DNA of 64,000 nucleotides from Nitrospirota bacterium (GTDB lineage Bacteria; Nitrospinota_A; UBA7883; JACRGQ01): NCBI GenBank assembly GCA_024275955.1, contig JAJRYD010000005.1, positions 7,480 to 71,479 of the forward strand, read 5' to 3'. Shown piece by piece: positions 19,787 to 29,406 of this stretch (position 1 is its first letter; each line of letters starts with the position of its first letter). The notes under the pieces were generated by a model. It saw only the letters and a program-made list of their open reading frames with translations, ran no database searches and was not told where the DNA came from. The position numbers and the translations under genes were made by a program.

Positions 19787-21388
19787 TTAGCCATTTGATT
19801 TTTCTTTTTTTGTCAAAAAGGTATCTTTAGGCTCTTTAGAACCTCTCTTGGGGAAATCTATGTTGTAGTGCAGTCCCCTGCTCTCTTTTCTGGCCGCCGC
19901 CGATTCGATAATAAGGGAAGCACAGGTAGCGATATTCCGCAGTTCCACAAGGTCGGACGTTACCTTGAAATCCCAGTAATATTCCCGTATCTCCTTTTTT
20001 AGTATCTCCATTCTGGTCTTAGCCCTTTTCAGACGTTTATTGGAGCGAACTATCCCGACATAGCTCCACATCAATCTTCTTATCTCATCCCAGTTCAGCG
20101 TTATGATAACCTGCTCATCAGGGTCAACAGCGTCGCCGGAACTCCACGGGTTTTTTATCTCGATATCGAGCCTCTCCCATTCCTCAAGAGCCTTCCCCGC
20201 CGCCCTTTTGGAAAAGACAACCGCCTCAAGAAGCGAATTGCTCGCAAGCCTATTAGCACCATGCACGCCGGTACAGCTGTTCTCCCCTCCGGCATAAAGG
20301 CCCGGCAAAGAGCTACGCCCCCAAAGATCTACATCAATACCACCGCAGATATAATGCGCCGCCGGAACGACAGGTATCATCTCTGTAGCCATATCTATCC
20401 CGTACTTGAGCAATGTTTTATATATCGTCGGAAACTTTTTTTGTATCGTCTTTTTGCCGAGGCCGGTTACGTCAAGGTATACAAAGTCGTTACCACTCTT
20501 TTTCATTTCCACGTCTATAGCTTTTGCCACCACGTCTCTGGGAGCTAGACAGCCCATAGGGTGATATTTCTCCATAAAGGTAGAGCCGTCCATAAGCTTC
20601 AATGTGCCGCCCTCACCCCTTACAGCCTCTGAAACAAGAAACGATTTCGCCTCGGCATGGTAAAGGCACGTCGGGTGAAACTGCATAAATTCCATATTGG
20701 CAACCTTCGCCCCGGCACGGTACGCCATCGCTATGCCATCGCCGGAAGCGATATCTGGGTTAGAGGTATAAAGGTAAACCTTGCCAGCCCCTCCAGCCGC
20801 AAGAAATGTAGCCGGAGCAAGGAACGACTTTACCTCCCGCGAACCGGGAGGCAGAGCAAACACGCCGACCACCCTCTCACCGGCATTAGACTCGCCGGTA
20901 ATCTTCGATTTTAGTATCAGGTCTATGGCGGCATGGTCTTCAAAAACCGTGATATTGGAATTGGACTTCATTTTAGCAACTAGGCAACGCTCTATCTCTC
21001 TGCCTGTAAAATCGGCAGAGTGTATTATCCTCCTGCGCGAATGACCGCCCTCTTTGTGCAGGTCAAGGCTGGAAGAGCCTCTAGAGCCTGCCGTAAACCG
21101 CACCCCCATTTTGATAAGGCTCTCTATGGCGCGGGGCCCGTTTTCCACCATCACTTTTACGGCAGGCTCTCGGCATAGCCCGCCTCCCGCTTTAAGCGTA
21201 TCGGCTATATGCAGTTCAAACGAGTCGTCGTCGGCCCATACAGCGGCGATACCGCCTTGGGCGTAGTTGGTACTTCCTTCGGATACCTCCCGCTTCGTAA
21301 TTACCGCCACTGTCCCTTTTTTTGCCGCGTCAAGGGCAAAAAGAATGCCGGCCATACCGGAACCGACCACAATAAAGTCGAACCTCAA
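19787..21388 (-). CDS. nadB: L-aspartate oxidase
   Basis: 533 aa. FAD-binding DFIVVGSGMAG. Succinate dehydrogenase / fumarate reductase flavoprotein-like core. The length and C-terminus are typical of NadB rather than SdhA. Confidence 0.8.
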   Translation of the reverse strand: MRFDFIVVGSGMAGILFALDAAKKGTVAVITKREVSEGSTNYAQGGIAAVWADDDSFELHIADTLKAGGGLCREPAVKVMVENGPRAIESLIKMGVRFTAGSRGSSSLDLHKEGGHSRRRIIHSADFTGREIERCLVAKMKSNSNITVFEDHAAIDLILKSKITGESNAGERVVGVFALPPGSREVKSFLAPATFLAAGGAGKVYLYTSNPDIASGDGIAMAYRAGAKVANMEFMQFHPTCLYHAEAKSFLVSEAVRGEGGTLKLMDGSTFMEKYHPMGCLAPRDVVAKAIDVEMKKSGNDFVYLDVTGLGKKTIQKKFPTIYKTLLKYGIDMATEMIPVVPAAHYICGGIDVDLWGRSSLPGLYAGGENSCTGVHGANRLASNSLLEAVVFSKRAAGKALEEWERLDIEIKNPWSSGDAVDPDEQVIITLNWDEIRRLMWSYVGIVRSNKRLKRAKTRMEILKKEIREYYWDFKVTSDLVELRNIATCASLIIESAAARKESRGLHYNIDFPKRGSKEPKDTFLTKKEKSNG

Positions 21389-21436
21389 TATTAAGTCTTC
21401 ACTCTCTTTAGCGATATATACCTCCGTAAGCTTTAA

Positions 21437-22210
21437 TCATCCGGCATTTATACCATCAGCACGAGGTATGAACCGCTCGAATATAAAGTTATCACAGTTT
21501 TTAAGCGCAACAGCCTGCTCGCCGTCGTTCCGCACCGTATAGGCGATCGTCGGCAGATGCCTGCTACGGCAATAGTGCAGTGCGGCACTGTCAAAATGCC
21601 CCATCTTAAAAGCTACGAACTTAGGCCTCGCCCTCTCCACCGCCAAAGAGAATAACTCGTGCGTAAAACGGCTGAAAACCAGCCCCCTTGGTATATCGGG
21701 GGCGTTGTCGGCAAACCAGCCTATCAGCTCCGAACTGTAGGAATGCACCGAAAACTCGCCATTATATTTCGCGAGTATCCGCAAAAGCTTCTCCCCGTTT
21801 ATGCCTATTCGACTGATATTTTTAAGCTCTATCATAAGAGGAACTTTTCCCAAAACCAGTTCGAGCATCTCCTCAAGCGTCGGCACCTTTTCGCTGGTTC
21901 CAAGCAGTTTTAACTCCTTCACCTCTTTATAGGCCGCTTTTCCCGCCACCACGCCTTTCGCTTGGGTAAGTCTGCCGAGCTTTTCGTCATGAAAAAGAAC
22001 GAACGTCCCGCAAGCAAGCATGCGCAGGTCCATCTCGAAAGGAAAACCGCTATCAATAGCTTTTTGAAAAGCTAAAAGAGAGTTCTCGGGAACCCCGTTT
22101 TTGTTATTAAAAATTCCCCTATGCGCTATAGGCCTTTTAACGAGCCATTCAGGCACAGCAGATTTTTTGCGGTTTACCAACATAGCTCCTGATTGTGGGG
22201 CGGTTGCCAA
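21437..22210 (-). CDS. glycerophosphodiester phosphodiesterase family protein
   Basis: 257 aa. HRG...PENSLLAF...E.DLR motifs of the GDPD family. Confidence 0.8.
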   Translation of the reverse strand: MATAPQSGAMLVNRKKSAVPEWLVKRPIAHRGIFNNKNGVPENSLLAFQKAIDSGFPFEMDLRMLACGTFVLFHDEKLGRLTQAKGVVAGKAAYKEVKELKLLGTSEKVPTLEEMLELVLGKVPLMIELKNISRIGINGEKLLRILAKYNGEFSVHSYSSELIGWFADNAPDIPRGLVFSRFTHELFSLAVERARPKFVAFKMGHFDSAALHYCRSRHLPTIAYTVRNDGEQAVALKNCDNFIFERFIPRADGINAG

Positions 22211-22324
22211 GTGAGATAAATTTGATTTTGCCGTAAATTGCCAATCTCTAAAGCCTCTATTTTTACGAAGTTAGAAAATAAACTTTTCTTTAAAACGCTT
22301 AAAAACTCTTTTGGAAATAGCCCC
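22197..22324 (+). repeat. MITE/REP-like intergenic repeat, copy 2
   Basis: GGGGCGGTTGCCAAGTGAGATAAATTTGATTTTGCCGTAAATTGCCAATCTCTAAAGCCTC...CTCTTTTGGAAATAGCCCC. About 90% identical to copy 1. Confidence 0.85.
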
Positions 22325-22433
22325 ATTATAACCGTGAGAAGAGGCAACAAAACAGCCGGTTTACCGCTTCGATAAAACAGACAAAATTGAACCGCTAAAA
22401 AGATAATCTGTAAAATAATGGATGAAAAAAGGT

Positions 22434-23090
22434 TTAACCAAGTTCCAACTTTCGTCTTTTTGACATTTCTATAGCTATCGAAACAATAAGCCCGCTTACC
22501 GCGCCGTAAAGGTGAGCTTGCGAAATGACATTCTCGGTAGATAAAAAAGTAAAGAGACTAAAAGAACCGCCGGAACTTTCGAGAGCGAGCTTTGCTGTAA
22601 GCAGTAGCCCCAGTATAAACGCTCCACGCAGTTTTTGTTTCAGCCCGGCAATTATAACAGCGGCAAGCATCCCATGCAGGAGGCCGGAAAGACCGACGTA
22701 CCAAGCAACCTCCGGCGCAAAGAATAAAAGCCCAAGCCCCACTCCGCCAGCGCTGAAAAGAGCGATGAGCGATACTTCGAAACTGTTGTAAAAAAATTTA
22801 AGCAAAGACGATAAGAGCAACAAAGCAGCCAAGTTAAGCAAAAGGTGGCTCCACCCCAGATGAATAAAGTTGCCTGTAATAAGCCGCCATAGTTCGCCAT
22901 TCATTACTCCAGCCCTGCTGTATTGAAGTATCGGCGTTAGAGAGTTTTGGAAAAGCATAGCTGTAACGCCCAAGATAGCTAGTGATAACGGCAAGCTGTG
23001 GCTCATTATACGCAGAGCTATCGTCTTGGGAAATTTTACAGCCGGCAGAGCCGCCAAGCTGTCTGAAGGTCGCAAGCAAAAGCTAGGCAA
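22434..23090 (-). CDS. rrtA: rhombosortase (rhomboid-family intramembrane serine protease)
   Basis: Multi-TM protein with a GLSG serine motif and a downstream His in TM helices. Lies immediately downstream of a GlyGly-CTERM protein. The true start may be the internal Met at 23006, giving ~190 aa. Confidence 0.65.
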   Translation of the reverse strand: MPSFCLRPSDSLAALPAVKFPKTIALRIMSHSLPLSLAILGVTAMLFQNSLTPILQYSRAGVMNGELWRLITGNFIHLGWSHLLLNLAALLLLSSLLKFFYNSFEVSLIALFSAGGVGLGLLFFAPEVAWYVGLSGLLHGMLAAVIIAGLKQKLRGAFILGLLLTAKLALESSGGSFSLFTFLSTENVISQAHLYGAVSGLIVSIAIEMSKRRKLELG

Positions 23091-25290
23091 TGTTAAGCTT
23101 CCACTTTCGTCTTAAAACCAGAGCTAAAGCTATAAGCAATATTTCAAAGCCTATAGCGCCACCGCCGCCGCTACTGCTACTACTACTGCTACTGCTGGTC
23201 GCTATAGAAATAGATCTCGATGTAACACTTTCTGCGTTGCCGGCAAGGTCGGTGGAAAAATATTTCAGCGTTGTGGTGGAAGTAAATGTCAGCGTGGTCG
23301 TATAGACGCTAGACGAAGTGGTCGGCGTTGTGCCATCGGTCGTGTAATATGTCTTGTCGCACCCTGTACCGCCGCTGTTATCACTGCATGTAAGCGTTAC
23401 CTGCACCTCGGTAGAGGTGTCAACAGGAGTGGCGTAGGCGGTTGCCGGCGCTGTGGTATCGGCACTTTTCGTTACATCGGCCGTCATCGTAGCTCCGGAA
23501 GCGGAGAAGTTGTCTATAGTTATGCCGCTGTTGCTTCCGCTTTTAAGCTTCGAATTGGGCGTGGAAACGCCACTAAAAGCCGACGTATTGCCGCTGTACC
23601 AAAACATAGTCTGCTTAGCCGGAGATGTGCCGGCATCAAGGCCGCCGTCTACCGCCTCCTCTACGTCAACTCCTTTGTTGCTAACATCGTAGTTCACTCT
23701 GTTTTGGGTAATCTTGGAAGCAGAGGCGACACTGCTGTCTATATGCCAGATAACAAGCCCGCCGTGCGAGCCGGCCCCTGTACGCCTTGTAAAGCCTACA
23801 TCGTAACTGCCGCTCAACTGACGGTTCTCTATAAGGAAATACTGGTTCGAATCGGAAGTATTGATACGGAAAATAGACGCTTTGGTCCCATCCGCCGATG
23901 GAAAGCTTTGAGAGACTGTAGTTCCTGTTACTGAAGTAGTTATATCGCTCACTGTTCCCCAGCCGATATACTCTTTGCTCCACGCGGAGAGATGCGTCGG
24001 CGCGGTACCAGATGTCGTGCTGGTGATATCGGTCGCGGCATCTGTAGCCGACCCCCAGTTGCCGTTGCCCATAAGCCCAAAATAGCCTATCCCGTAGGAA
24101 ACGTTGGAAGTATCGTAAAGGTCCGGGAGGCCGAGTATAAGATGCCCCGATTCGTGCGCTATTATCCCCATAGTCGCGAGCCGCGCGTTGGCCCCGCTGG
24201 AATTGGCATGTATCTCCCCAAAAATGGCGAACTCGCCAAGCGATACCCCGTCAAGCGATAGAGCGCCGGTTGTGGAAGAGTTCACATTATATTTAAGCGC
24301 CCATACGCTGGGCGTAGCGCCAGAGGAGCCAACGGTTGCCGTTTCGTAGCCGGCTACTATTATGATTATCGCCAGTTCGTCAGGCTCTACCGTCCCGCTG
24401 GAATCGGTATCGTATGTGGAATAATTTATAAAGCTATCCGCCGCGATCATCGCGTTTCTGGCCAGCTCGGCATCGTCCGTACCTGAGTTGGTTACCCCTG
24501 TACTCGGGTGGGTGGTAACGCCGTTTGGGTCTCTTAGCCAGCCGATTATACCGTCGTTAGCTGTTCCATTGGTCTCCGCTGCTGGCGTAATAGTCGTCGC
24601 CCCGTACGAAACATCGTTATAATAATCTTGCAGTGTCCCCGCACCGCCGAAAATGCGGTCTTTTACCTGCGTGGCGGTATAGGTTGCGTTCTGGTCGGCA
24701 TAATCTACCGCTATTACAAGAAGAGGCACAGTAGATGGCGCTGTTACCGTAGCCGCTTTCATTACGGCGGAGCGCATCCCTAACGCCGGCGCGTGCTTCG
24801 GCCTTGCTTTCATTTTTGGTCTTAAACCTTTTGGTATGCTCATATCTTTGGGGCTTACCTCGCCTACCCTTGTATTGACGGTGTCGGCTGGAGCGACTCC
24901 CACCCTTAACGCGCTTTTGCCAAGCCCGCCGGCACGCGGCGGAGCGGTTTCCTTAACGTAATATTGCCAAAAGCCGGTGCTCTTGCTTTTAAAAATTCCG
25001 TAACCGTCCTCACTCTCTACCCAGTTGTTCCACTCGTCGCCTTTTTGCCTTGCCTTAAACGGATAGCCGTTGGGCTGTTTCATATTCTGAACCGCATCGA
25101 GAGCCGGAGCGGAAAAAACTTCTGCCGGAAAAAGAAAAATGAATGCCGCAACTATTGTAAGTAGCGGCTTGACTAAATATCTGGCAGAAGACAAAGCAAG
25201 CTTGAACGCTTTTGGGCCGTACAAACCAGAGGTTGCCCCACTGCTCTCGCAACGGTAATAACCCAAGTTTTTTTGCAACCTGTTAACCAC
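23083..25290 (-). CDS. secreted M6 (immune inhibitor A-like) zinc metalloprotease with GlyGly-CTERM sorting signal
   Basis: 735 aa. HESGHLILGLPDLYD zinc-binding motif of the M6/InhA type. Thr/Ser-rich C-terminal region ending SSSSSSSSGGGG-AIGFEILLIALALVL-RRKWK, i.e. Gly-Gly, a TM helix and a basic tail. Confidence 0.75.
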   Translation of the reverse strand: MVNRLQKNLGYYRCESSGATSGLYGPKAFKLALSSARYLVKPLLTIVAAFIFLFPAEVFSAPALDAVQNMKQPNGYPFKARQKGDEWNNWVESEDGYGIFKSKSTGFWQYYVKETAPPRAGGLGKSALRVGVAPADTVNTRVGEVSPKDMSIPKGLRPKMKARPKHAPALGMRSAVMKAATVTAPSTVPLLVIAVDYADQNATYTATQVKDRIFGGAGTLQDYYNDVSYGATTITPAAETNGTANDGIIGWLRDPNGVTTHPSTGVTNSGTDDAELARNAMIAADSFINYSTYDTDSSGTVEPDELAIIIIVAGYETATVGSSGATPSVWALKYNVNSSTTGALSLDGVSLGEFAIFGEIHANSSGANARLATMGIIAHESGHLILGLPDLYDTSNVSYGIGYFGLMGNGNWGSATDAATDITSTTSGTAPTHLSAWSKEYIGWGTVSDITTSVTGTTVSQSFPSADGTKASIFRINTSDSNQYFLIENRQLSGSYDVGFTRRTGAGSHGGLVIWHIDSSVASASKITQNRVNYDVSNKGVDVEEAVDGGLDAGTSPAKQTMFWYSGNTSAFSGVSTPNSKLKSGSNSGITIDNFSASGATMTADVTKSADTTAPATAYATPVDTSTEVQVTLTCSDNSGGTGCDKTYYTTDGTTPTTSSSVYTTTLTFTSTTTLKYFSTDLAGNAESVTSRSISIATSSSSSSSSSGGGGAIGFEILLIALALVLRRKWKLNIA

Positions 25291-25714
25291 TTCTCACCAA
25301 TACTAAAAAAAGAGACTGCCCATATTCGTCGCCGGCAACCCGCAACACTACCGAGACATTACTGCCCACTTTAAACGGAAGCTCTATGACAGATTTAACC
25401 TTCACCTCGTCTCCCTCGTAGGAAGAGCCGAAGTTCTCATAACCGGCCACCGGCTCGGTCTCGTCTATCGTCATCCAAAAGCTGGAGACACGCCCCTCTT
25501 TTCTTTCCACTCTCGTTACCGTGCCGTTGGCTATAAACCTGTTTTCGATAATCGGCGCTCTTGCCACCGCCTCTTCGCCGGAAGCCAAAGGTTTACCAGA
25601 GGCTATAGCTCTGCCGTTTCCATCGCAGGCAACCGCGCAAGCTTGAGTGGAGATAAGCAAAATAAAAAGAAAGACAAACCTTGAAAATCTACCAATGTAG
25701 AACGATTTTCTCAT
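25283..25714 (-). CDS. small secreted hypothetical protein upstream of the M6 protease
   Basis: About 143 aa with an N-terminal signal peptide (FVFLFILLISTQACA). Its stop overlaps the protease start, which suggests co-transcription. Confidence 0.45.
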   Translation of the reverse strand: MRKSFYIGRFSRFVFLFILLISTQACAVACDGNGRAIASGKPLASGEEAVARAPIIENRFIANGTVTRVERKEGRVSSFWMTIDETEPVAGYENFGSSYEGDEVKVKSVIELPFKVGSNVSVVLRVAGDEYGQSLFLVLVRSG

Positions 25715-25870
25715 ACTAAAAATCATTATGAATGACCTATTGTCTGCTAAAGGTTTTTGTTATTACCCGACACACCCGCTACCCGTTATTCTATACCAGC
25801 AATAATGCGATTTATCCCATTTTTTTGTAAAAATGCTTTACCCTGCCGGCGGTACCGCTACAATAACCCG

Positions 25871-27106
25871 ATGAACGCTATAAAAAAGCCGGAATTAATA
25901 GCCCCTGCCGGCAGTCTGGAAAAGCTAAAGCTAGCCTACCGCATGGGCGCGGATGCCTGCTATATAGGCAGTTCCGCCTTCTCTATGCGTACAAGGCAAA
26001 ACAAAATAGCACTAAAAGAAATTGAGGAGGCGAAGGAAATTGCCCAAAGTTTCGGCAAAAAACTTTATGTATGTATAAATATTTTTCCACACAATCATCT
26101 ACTTAAAGGGCTTAAAAAACATCTCCAGTTTCTAAACGAGATAAAACCGGATGCTATAGTCTTTGCCGATCCGTCGATACTAGAAATGGTAAAAGATGCC
26201 GGCATTAACATCCCGCTACATCTATCGGTACAAAACTCTACCGCGAACCATCTTTCGGTAAAATTTTGGCAGAGGCTTGGGGTAAAGCGGATAATCCTCG
26301 CAAGAGAGCTCTCGCTAAAAGAGATAATAGAAATAGGCCAAGAGGTTCCAGAGGTGGAACTGGAGGCTTTTATTCACGGCTCTGTCTGTATGGCATATTC
26401 CGGCAGATGCTTTCTTTCTGACATTTTTTCCGGCCGTGATGCCAACCAAGGTATGTGCGCCCACAACTGCCGTGACGTGCATCAGGTAGTCGCCGCTACG
26501 GTGGTAAACAAAACATACGGCGAGCAGGAAATGGTTATAGAAGAAGACGAACATGGGAGCCATCTTATTTCGTCAAAAGATATCTGCCTGCTTCCTCACC
26601 TTGACAAGCTTATGAAAGCAGGGATAGACGCTTTTAAGATAGAGGGACGCAACAAAAGCGAATACTACCTAGCCGTTGTCACCCGCGTATACAGAGAAGC
26701 TATAGACAGTTTCGCGCGCGACGGCAAAATAAACCTAGAGCTTACAAAAGAGATAGCAAAGACAAACAACAGAGGCTTTTTCTCCGGCTTTTACTTTCCT
26801 GACCTTGGCGAACAGTCGGAAGTTTTAAACGATAGAGACAGCGACGTACGGCATTACTACGCGGCTAATATCGTTTCGGCAGAGGGAAGCTGTATATCGG
26901 TAAAAGTGAAAGGCAAAATAAAAACAGGCGACAGTTTAAGACTGCTGACGGCGGAGTATGGCGGTGAGCAACTGCTAAAAGTTAAAGGAATAGTAAACCA
27001 ACGAAAGAAAAATGTGACGGAGATATCAAGCGGCATCGATGCGGTGCTGGAGCTGGAAAAACCGGCCAAGAAAGAATGGGAAGGGCTGGTTCTTCAGGCT
27101 ACCTGA
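25871..27106 (+). CDS. peptidase U32 family protein
   Basis: KPELIAPAGSLEKLKLAYRMGADACYIG start typical of U32. Four-Cys cluster CMAYSGRC...CAHNC. C-terminal beta domain. The internal Met is used as the start. Confidence 0.8.
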   Translation: MNAIKKPELIAPAGSLEKLKLAYRMGADACYIGSSAFSMRTRQNKIALKEIEEAKEIAQSFGKKLYVCINIFPHNHLLKGLKKHLQFLNEIKPDAIVFADPSILEMVKDAGINIPLHLSVQNSTANHLSVKFWQRLGVKRIILARELSLKEIIEIGQEVPEVELEAFIHGSVCMAYSGRCFLSDIFSGRDANQGMCAHNCRDVHQVVAATVVNKTYGEQEMVIEEDEHGSHLISSKDICLLPHLDKLMKAGIDAFKIEGRNKSEYYLAVVTRVYREAIDSFARDGKINLELTKEIAKTNNRGFFSGFYFPDLGEQSEVLNDRDSDVRHYYAANIVSAEGSCISVKVKGKIKTGDSLRLLTAEYGGEQLLKVKGIVNQRKKNVTEISSGIDAVLELEKPAKKEWEGLVLQAT

Positions 27107-27154
27107 GCTAAAGAGAGACAAGCGCCTTTTTGCGATACTTCGGAATCTACATTA

Positions 27155-27285
27155 GGGGGCTGTTGCCGAATGAGATAAATTTGATTTTTCTACAAATTAC
27201 CAATCTCTAAAGGCTCTATTTTAAAGAAATTAGAAAATTAACTTCTCCTTAAAATGCTTTAAAAAACTCTTTTGGCAACAGCCCC
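27155..27285 (+). repeat. MITE/REP-like intergenic repeat, copy 3
   Basis: GGGGGCTGTTGCCGAATGAGATAAATTTGATTTTTCTACAAATTACCAATCTCTAAAGGCTC...CTCTTTTGGCAACAGCCCC. Perfect 12-bp terminal inverted repeat. Confidence 0.85.
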
Positions 27286-27689
27286 ATTAGATGCACTTTG
27301 GGGTGATGCCTCGTGGGCGTTCCATCTCTGTAATTCCGCCACGCGGCCAGATTCCGGCAACCTTCCCTTCGGCCTGAAAACGAGCGGTTCCCCCATCCCC
27401 AATGGGGAGACTAAAAAAGCTTATCTTTATTATGTTATCTGCTCCCCACTCTCTTGCCCCCTTTAAAAAGTTCGGTAGTCTCTTTAGTTTGAAAATTACC
27501 ATCTCTTTGCCCTCCCTTCGCAAAGCGGAAGTGTCCCGCGGAGTGCGGGACGGAGCGGTTATCCTTAAAAAGGGCCCATCCCTTAAGCCCCCTTCTTTGA
27601 GAAAGGGGGGGGGGAAGCGACTAAAATTCAAACTAAAGGCACCGCCAGAAATTCTTACAGCTTCTGATTTTACAAGCTTTGAGGATAGA

Positions 27690-28484
27690 ATGAAGATACA
27701 GGCAATGGATAAGAAGAATTTTAAAAACGAACTAAGAGATATGCTTGCCGGAAAAGGCAAGGACGGTGCCTCTCTAAACCGCTATCTCCTTATTCTAAAC
27801 TCGATAGCGATCGTTCTTTTTCTTTTTGAGCCTGCGCTACCAAAAGGCTATTCGAGCCACTTGGCGGAAGTGGTTTGCGGAATTATTTTCCTTATAGAAT
27901 ATCTCGCGCGGTACTGGGTATCTGACAAAAAAACAAACTTCTTCTTTGCTCCTATAAACCTGCTGGACATCGTAGTGATTATCTCGCTTCTTGCGCCTGT
28001 CCTTCTTGGGAACTTTGGGTTCCTTAGAATCATAAGAGCCCTGCGCCTCTTTAGAACATACCGGATGTTCTATACTCTAAAGGGGCAGAGCGGCTGGTTC
28101 AAAAAACATGAAAACGCGGTTCTATCATCTATAAATCTATTCATTTTCATTTTCATAATGACCGATATCGTCTACATCATAGAGGTGAATGAAAACAGCG
28201 CCATAAACTCCTACTTAGACTCTCTGTATTTTACGCTAGCTACCCTTACCACGACAGGGTTCGGCGATATAACTTTAAGCGGGACGACAGGAAGGATGCT
28301 TTCCATTTTCATAATGGTTTTTGGTATAACCCTTTTCGTAAAACTCGCGCGGGATCTTATTAGGCCCCCAAGAGCGTTTTTTAAATGTCCCGACTGCGGC
28401 CTAACCCATCACGATTCAGACGCGTCGCACTGCAAGCATTGCGGCCATGTGATAAAAATAGAAACTGATGGAGGCACTTTCTGA
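27690..28484 (+). CDS. voltage-gated (Kv-type, 6TM) potassium channel with C-terminal zinc-ribbon
   Basis: S4 helix with RIIRALRLFRTYR (Arg at every third position). Selectivity filter TLTTTGFGD. C-terminal CPDCG...CKHCGH. Start placed at the internal ATG at 27690, which is preceded by GAGGA. The longer 27402 frame is low-complexity. Confidence 0.75.
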   Translation: MKIQAMDKKNFKNELRDMLAGKGKDGASLNRYLLILNSIAIVLFLFEPALPKGYSSHLAEVVCGIIFLIEYLARYWVSDKKTNFFFAPINLLDIVVIISLLAPVLLGNFGFLRIIRALRLFRTYRMFYTLKGQSGWFKKHENAVLSSINLFIFIFIMTDIVYIIEVNENSAINSYLDSLYFTLATLTTTGFGDITLSGTTGRMLSIFIMVFGITLFVKLARDLIRPPRAFFKCPDCGLTHHDSDASHCKHCGHVIKIETDGGTF

Positions 28485-28503
28485 AAGCTTGCTACCTTCT
28501 AGA

Positions 28504-28632
28504 GGCTGTTGCCGAATGGCATAAATTCGATTTTGCTACAAATTCCCAGTCTCTAAAACCTCTCTCTTAAATAAGTTAGGAAGTTAGCTTTTCTTTAAAA
28601 TGCTTTAAAAAAACTCTTTTACCAACAGACCC
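28504..28632 (+). repeat. MITE/REP-like intergenic repeat, copy 4
   Basis: GGCTGTTGCCGAATGGCATAAATTCGATTTTGCTACAAATTCCCAGTCTCTAAAACCTC...CTCTTTTACCAACAGACCC. Confidence 0.8.
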
Positions 28633-28752
28633 TTCTAAAGCCTGCCATCTACCACGCTTCAAAACAAAGCCTTTGAAAAAACATTCCTTTCTAAAACTAT
28701 TTACGCCTATAATGCTGTAATAAAAAACAGCCTGAATTAGGAGAGACAGCAG

Positions 28753-29295
28753 ATGGATAAATTCGATTTCGCGGCAGTGAGGTTCGGCCTTCTTATTACG
28801 ATGACTACTCTCCTTATGGGTGTTTACCTCGGGGTACACTTTGGAAAAAACGAAGACGACATAAAAGGATACCTAAAGGAAAAGGCTACCGCTTCGGCAG
28901 CCTTCAAAGGCGACGAGAAGCTTATTAAAAAAGCTGTCAAAAATGGCTGGAAATATTTAAAACGCTCGCACGAACATTTTCAAGGCCTTGGGGCTATCTC
29001 TCTTGGGCTTATACTTATACTCTCGGCAAGCTGGCTTAAACCTAAGCTCAAGTCTCTGGTATCTATCGGCGTAGGGCTTGGCTCTTTTATCTATCCGCTT
29101 TTTTGGTATCTTGTGGCATACAAAGTGGCCGGCATGGAAAAACATGCCGCCAAGGAATCTCTGGCACTGGTAGCACAGGCCGGCGCGGGGCTTTATCTTG
29201 TATCTTTCCTCGCGGTTTTTGCTACGGTATTTTGCTACGCTATATGGAAAGACAGCCTGCCAAGCTTTCTCGCGCCGCTAAAAGAGACAGATTAA
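28753..29295 (+). CDS. hypothetical membrane protein (4 TM)
   Basis: 180 aa. Hydrophobic helices and no motif. Confidence 0.5.
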   Translation: MDKFDFAAVRFGLLITMTTLLMGVYLGVHFGKNEDDIKGYLKEKATASAAFKGDEKLIKKAVKNGWKYLKRSHEHFQGLGAISLGLILILSASWLKPKLKSLVSIGVGLGSFIYPLFWYLVAYKVAGMEKHAAKESLALVAQAGAGLYLVSFLAVFATVFCYAIWKDSLPSFLAPLKETD

Positions 29296-29406
29296 CCTGA
29301 ATAAACTTTAAGCAAAATTCTGGGCAACTATTCTTTCATTAGAGTTTAAGAGGTTGCCATAGCTGTCGCACAGCCTTGCTTATCTGTCAACAACTGCCGG
29401 TTCCGT

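Noticed and set aside
27402..27689. Long N-terminal extension of the K+ channel ORF (ORF track start 27402) and the overlapping minus ORF 27287..27760
   Set aside because: Low-complexity translation (poly-Gly/Lys from the G10 tract and hairpins), no SD. The channel domain begins at the Met at 27690, which has a GAGGA SD. The region is treated as non-coding leader.
27290..27690. Hypothesis that the K+ channel leader is a c-di-AMP (ydaO) riboswitch
   Set aside because: I could not find the conserved ydaO-type sequence blocks. Only generic GC hairpins were seen. It is kept as an unclassified structured leader in the findings.
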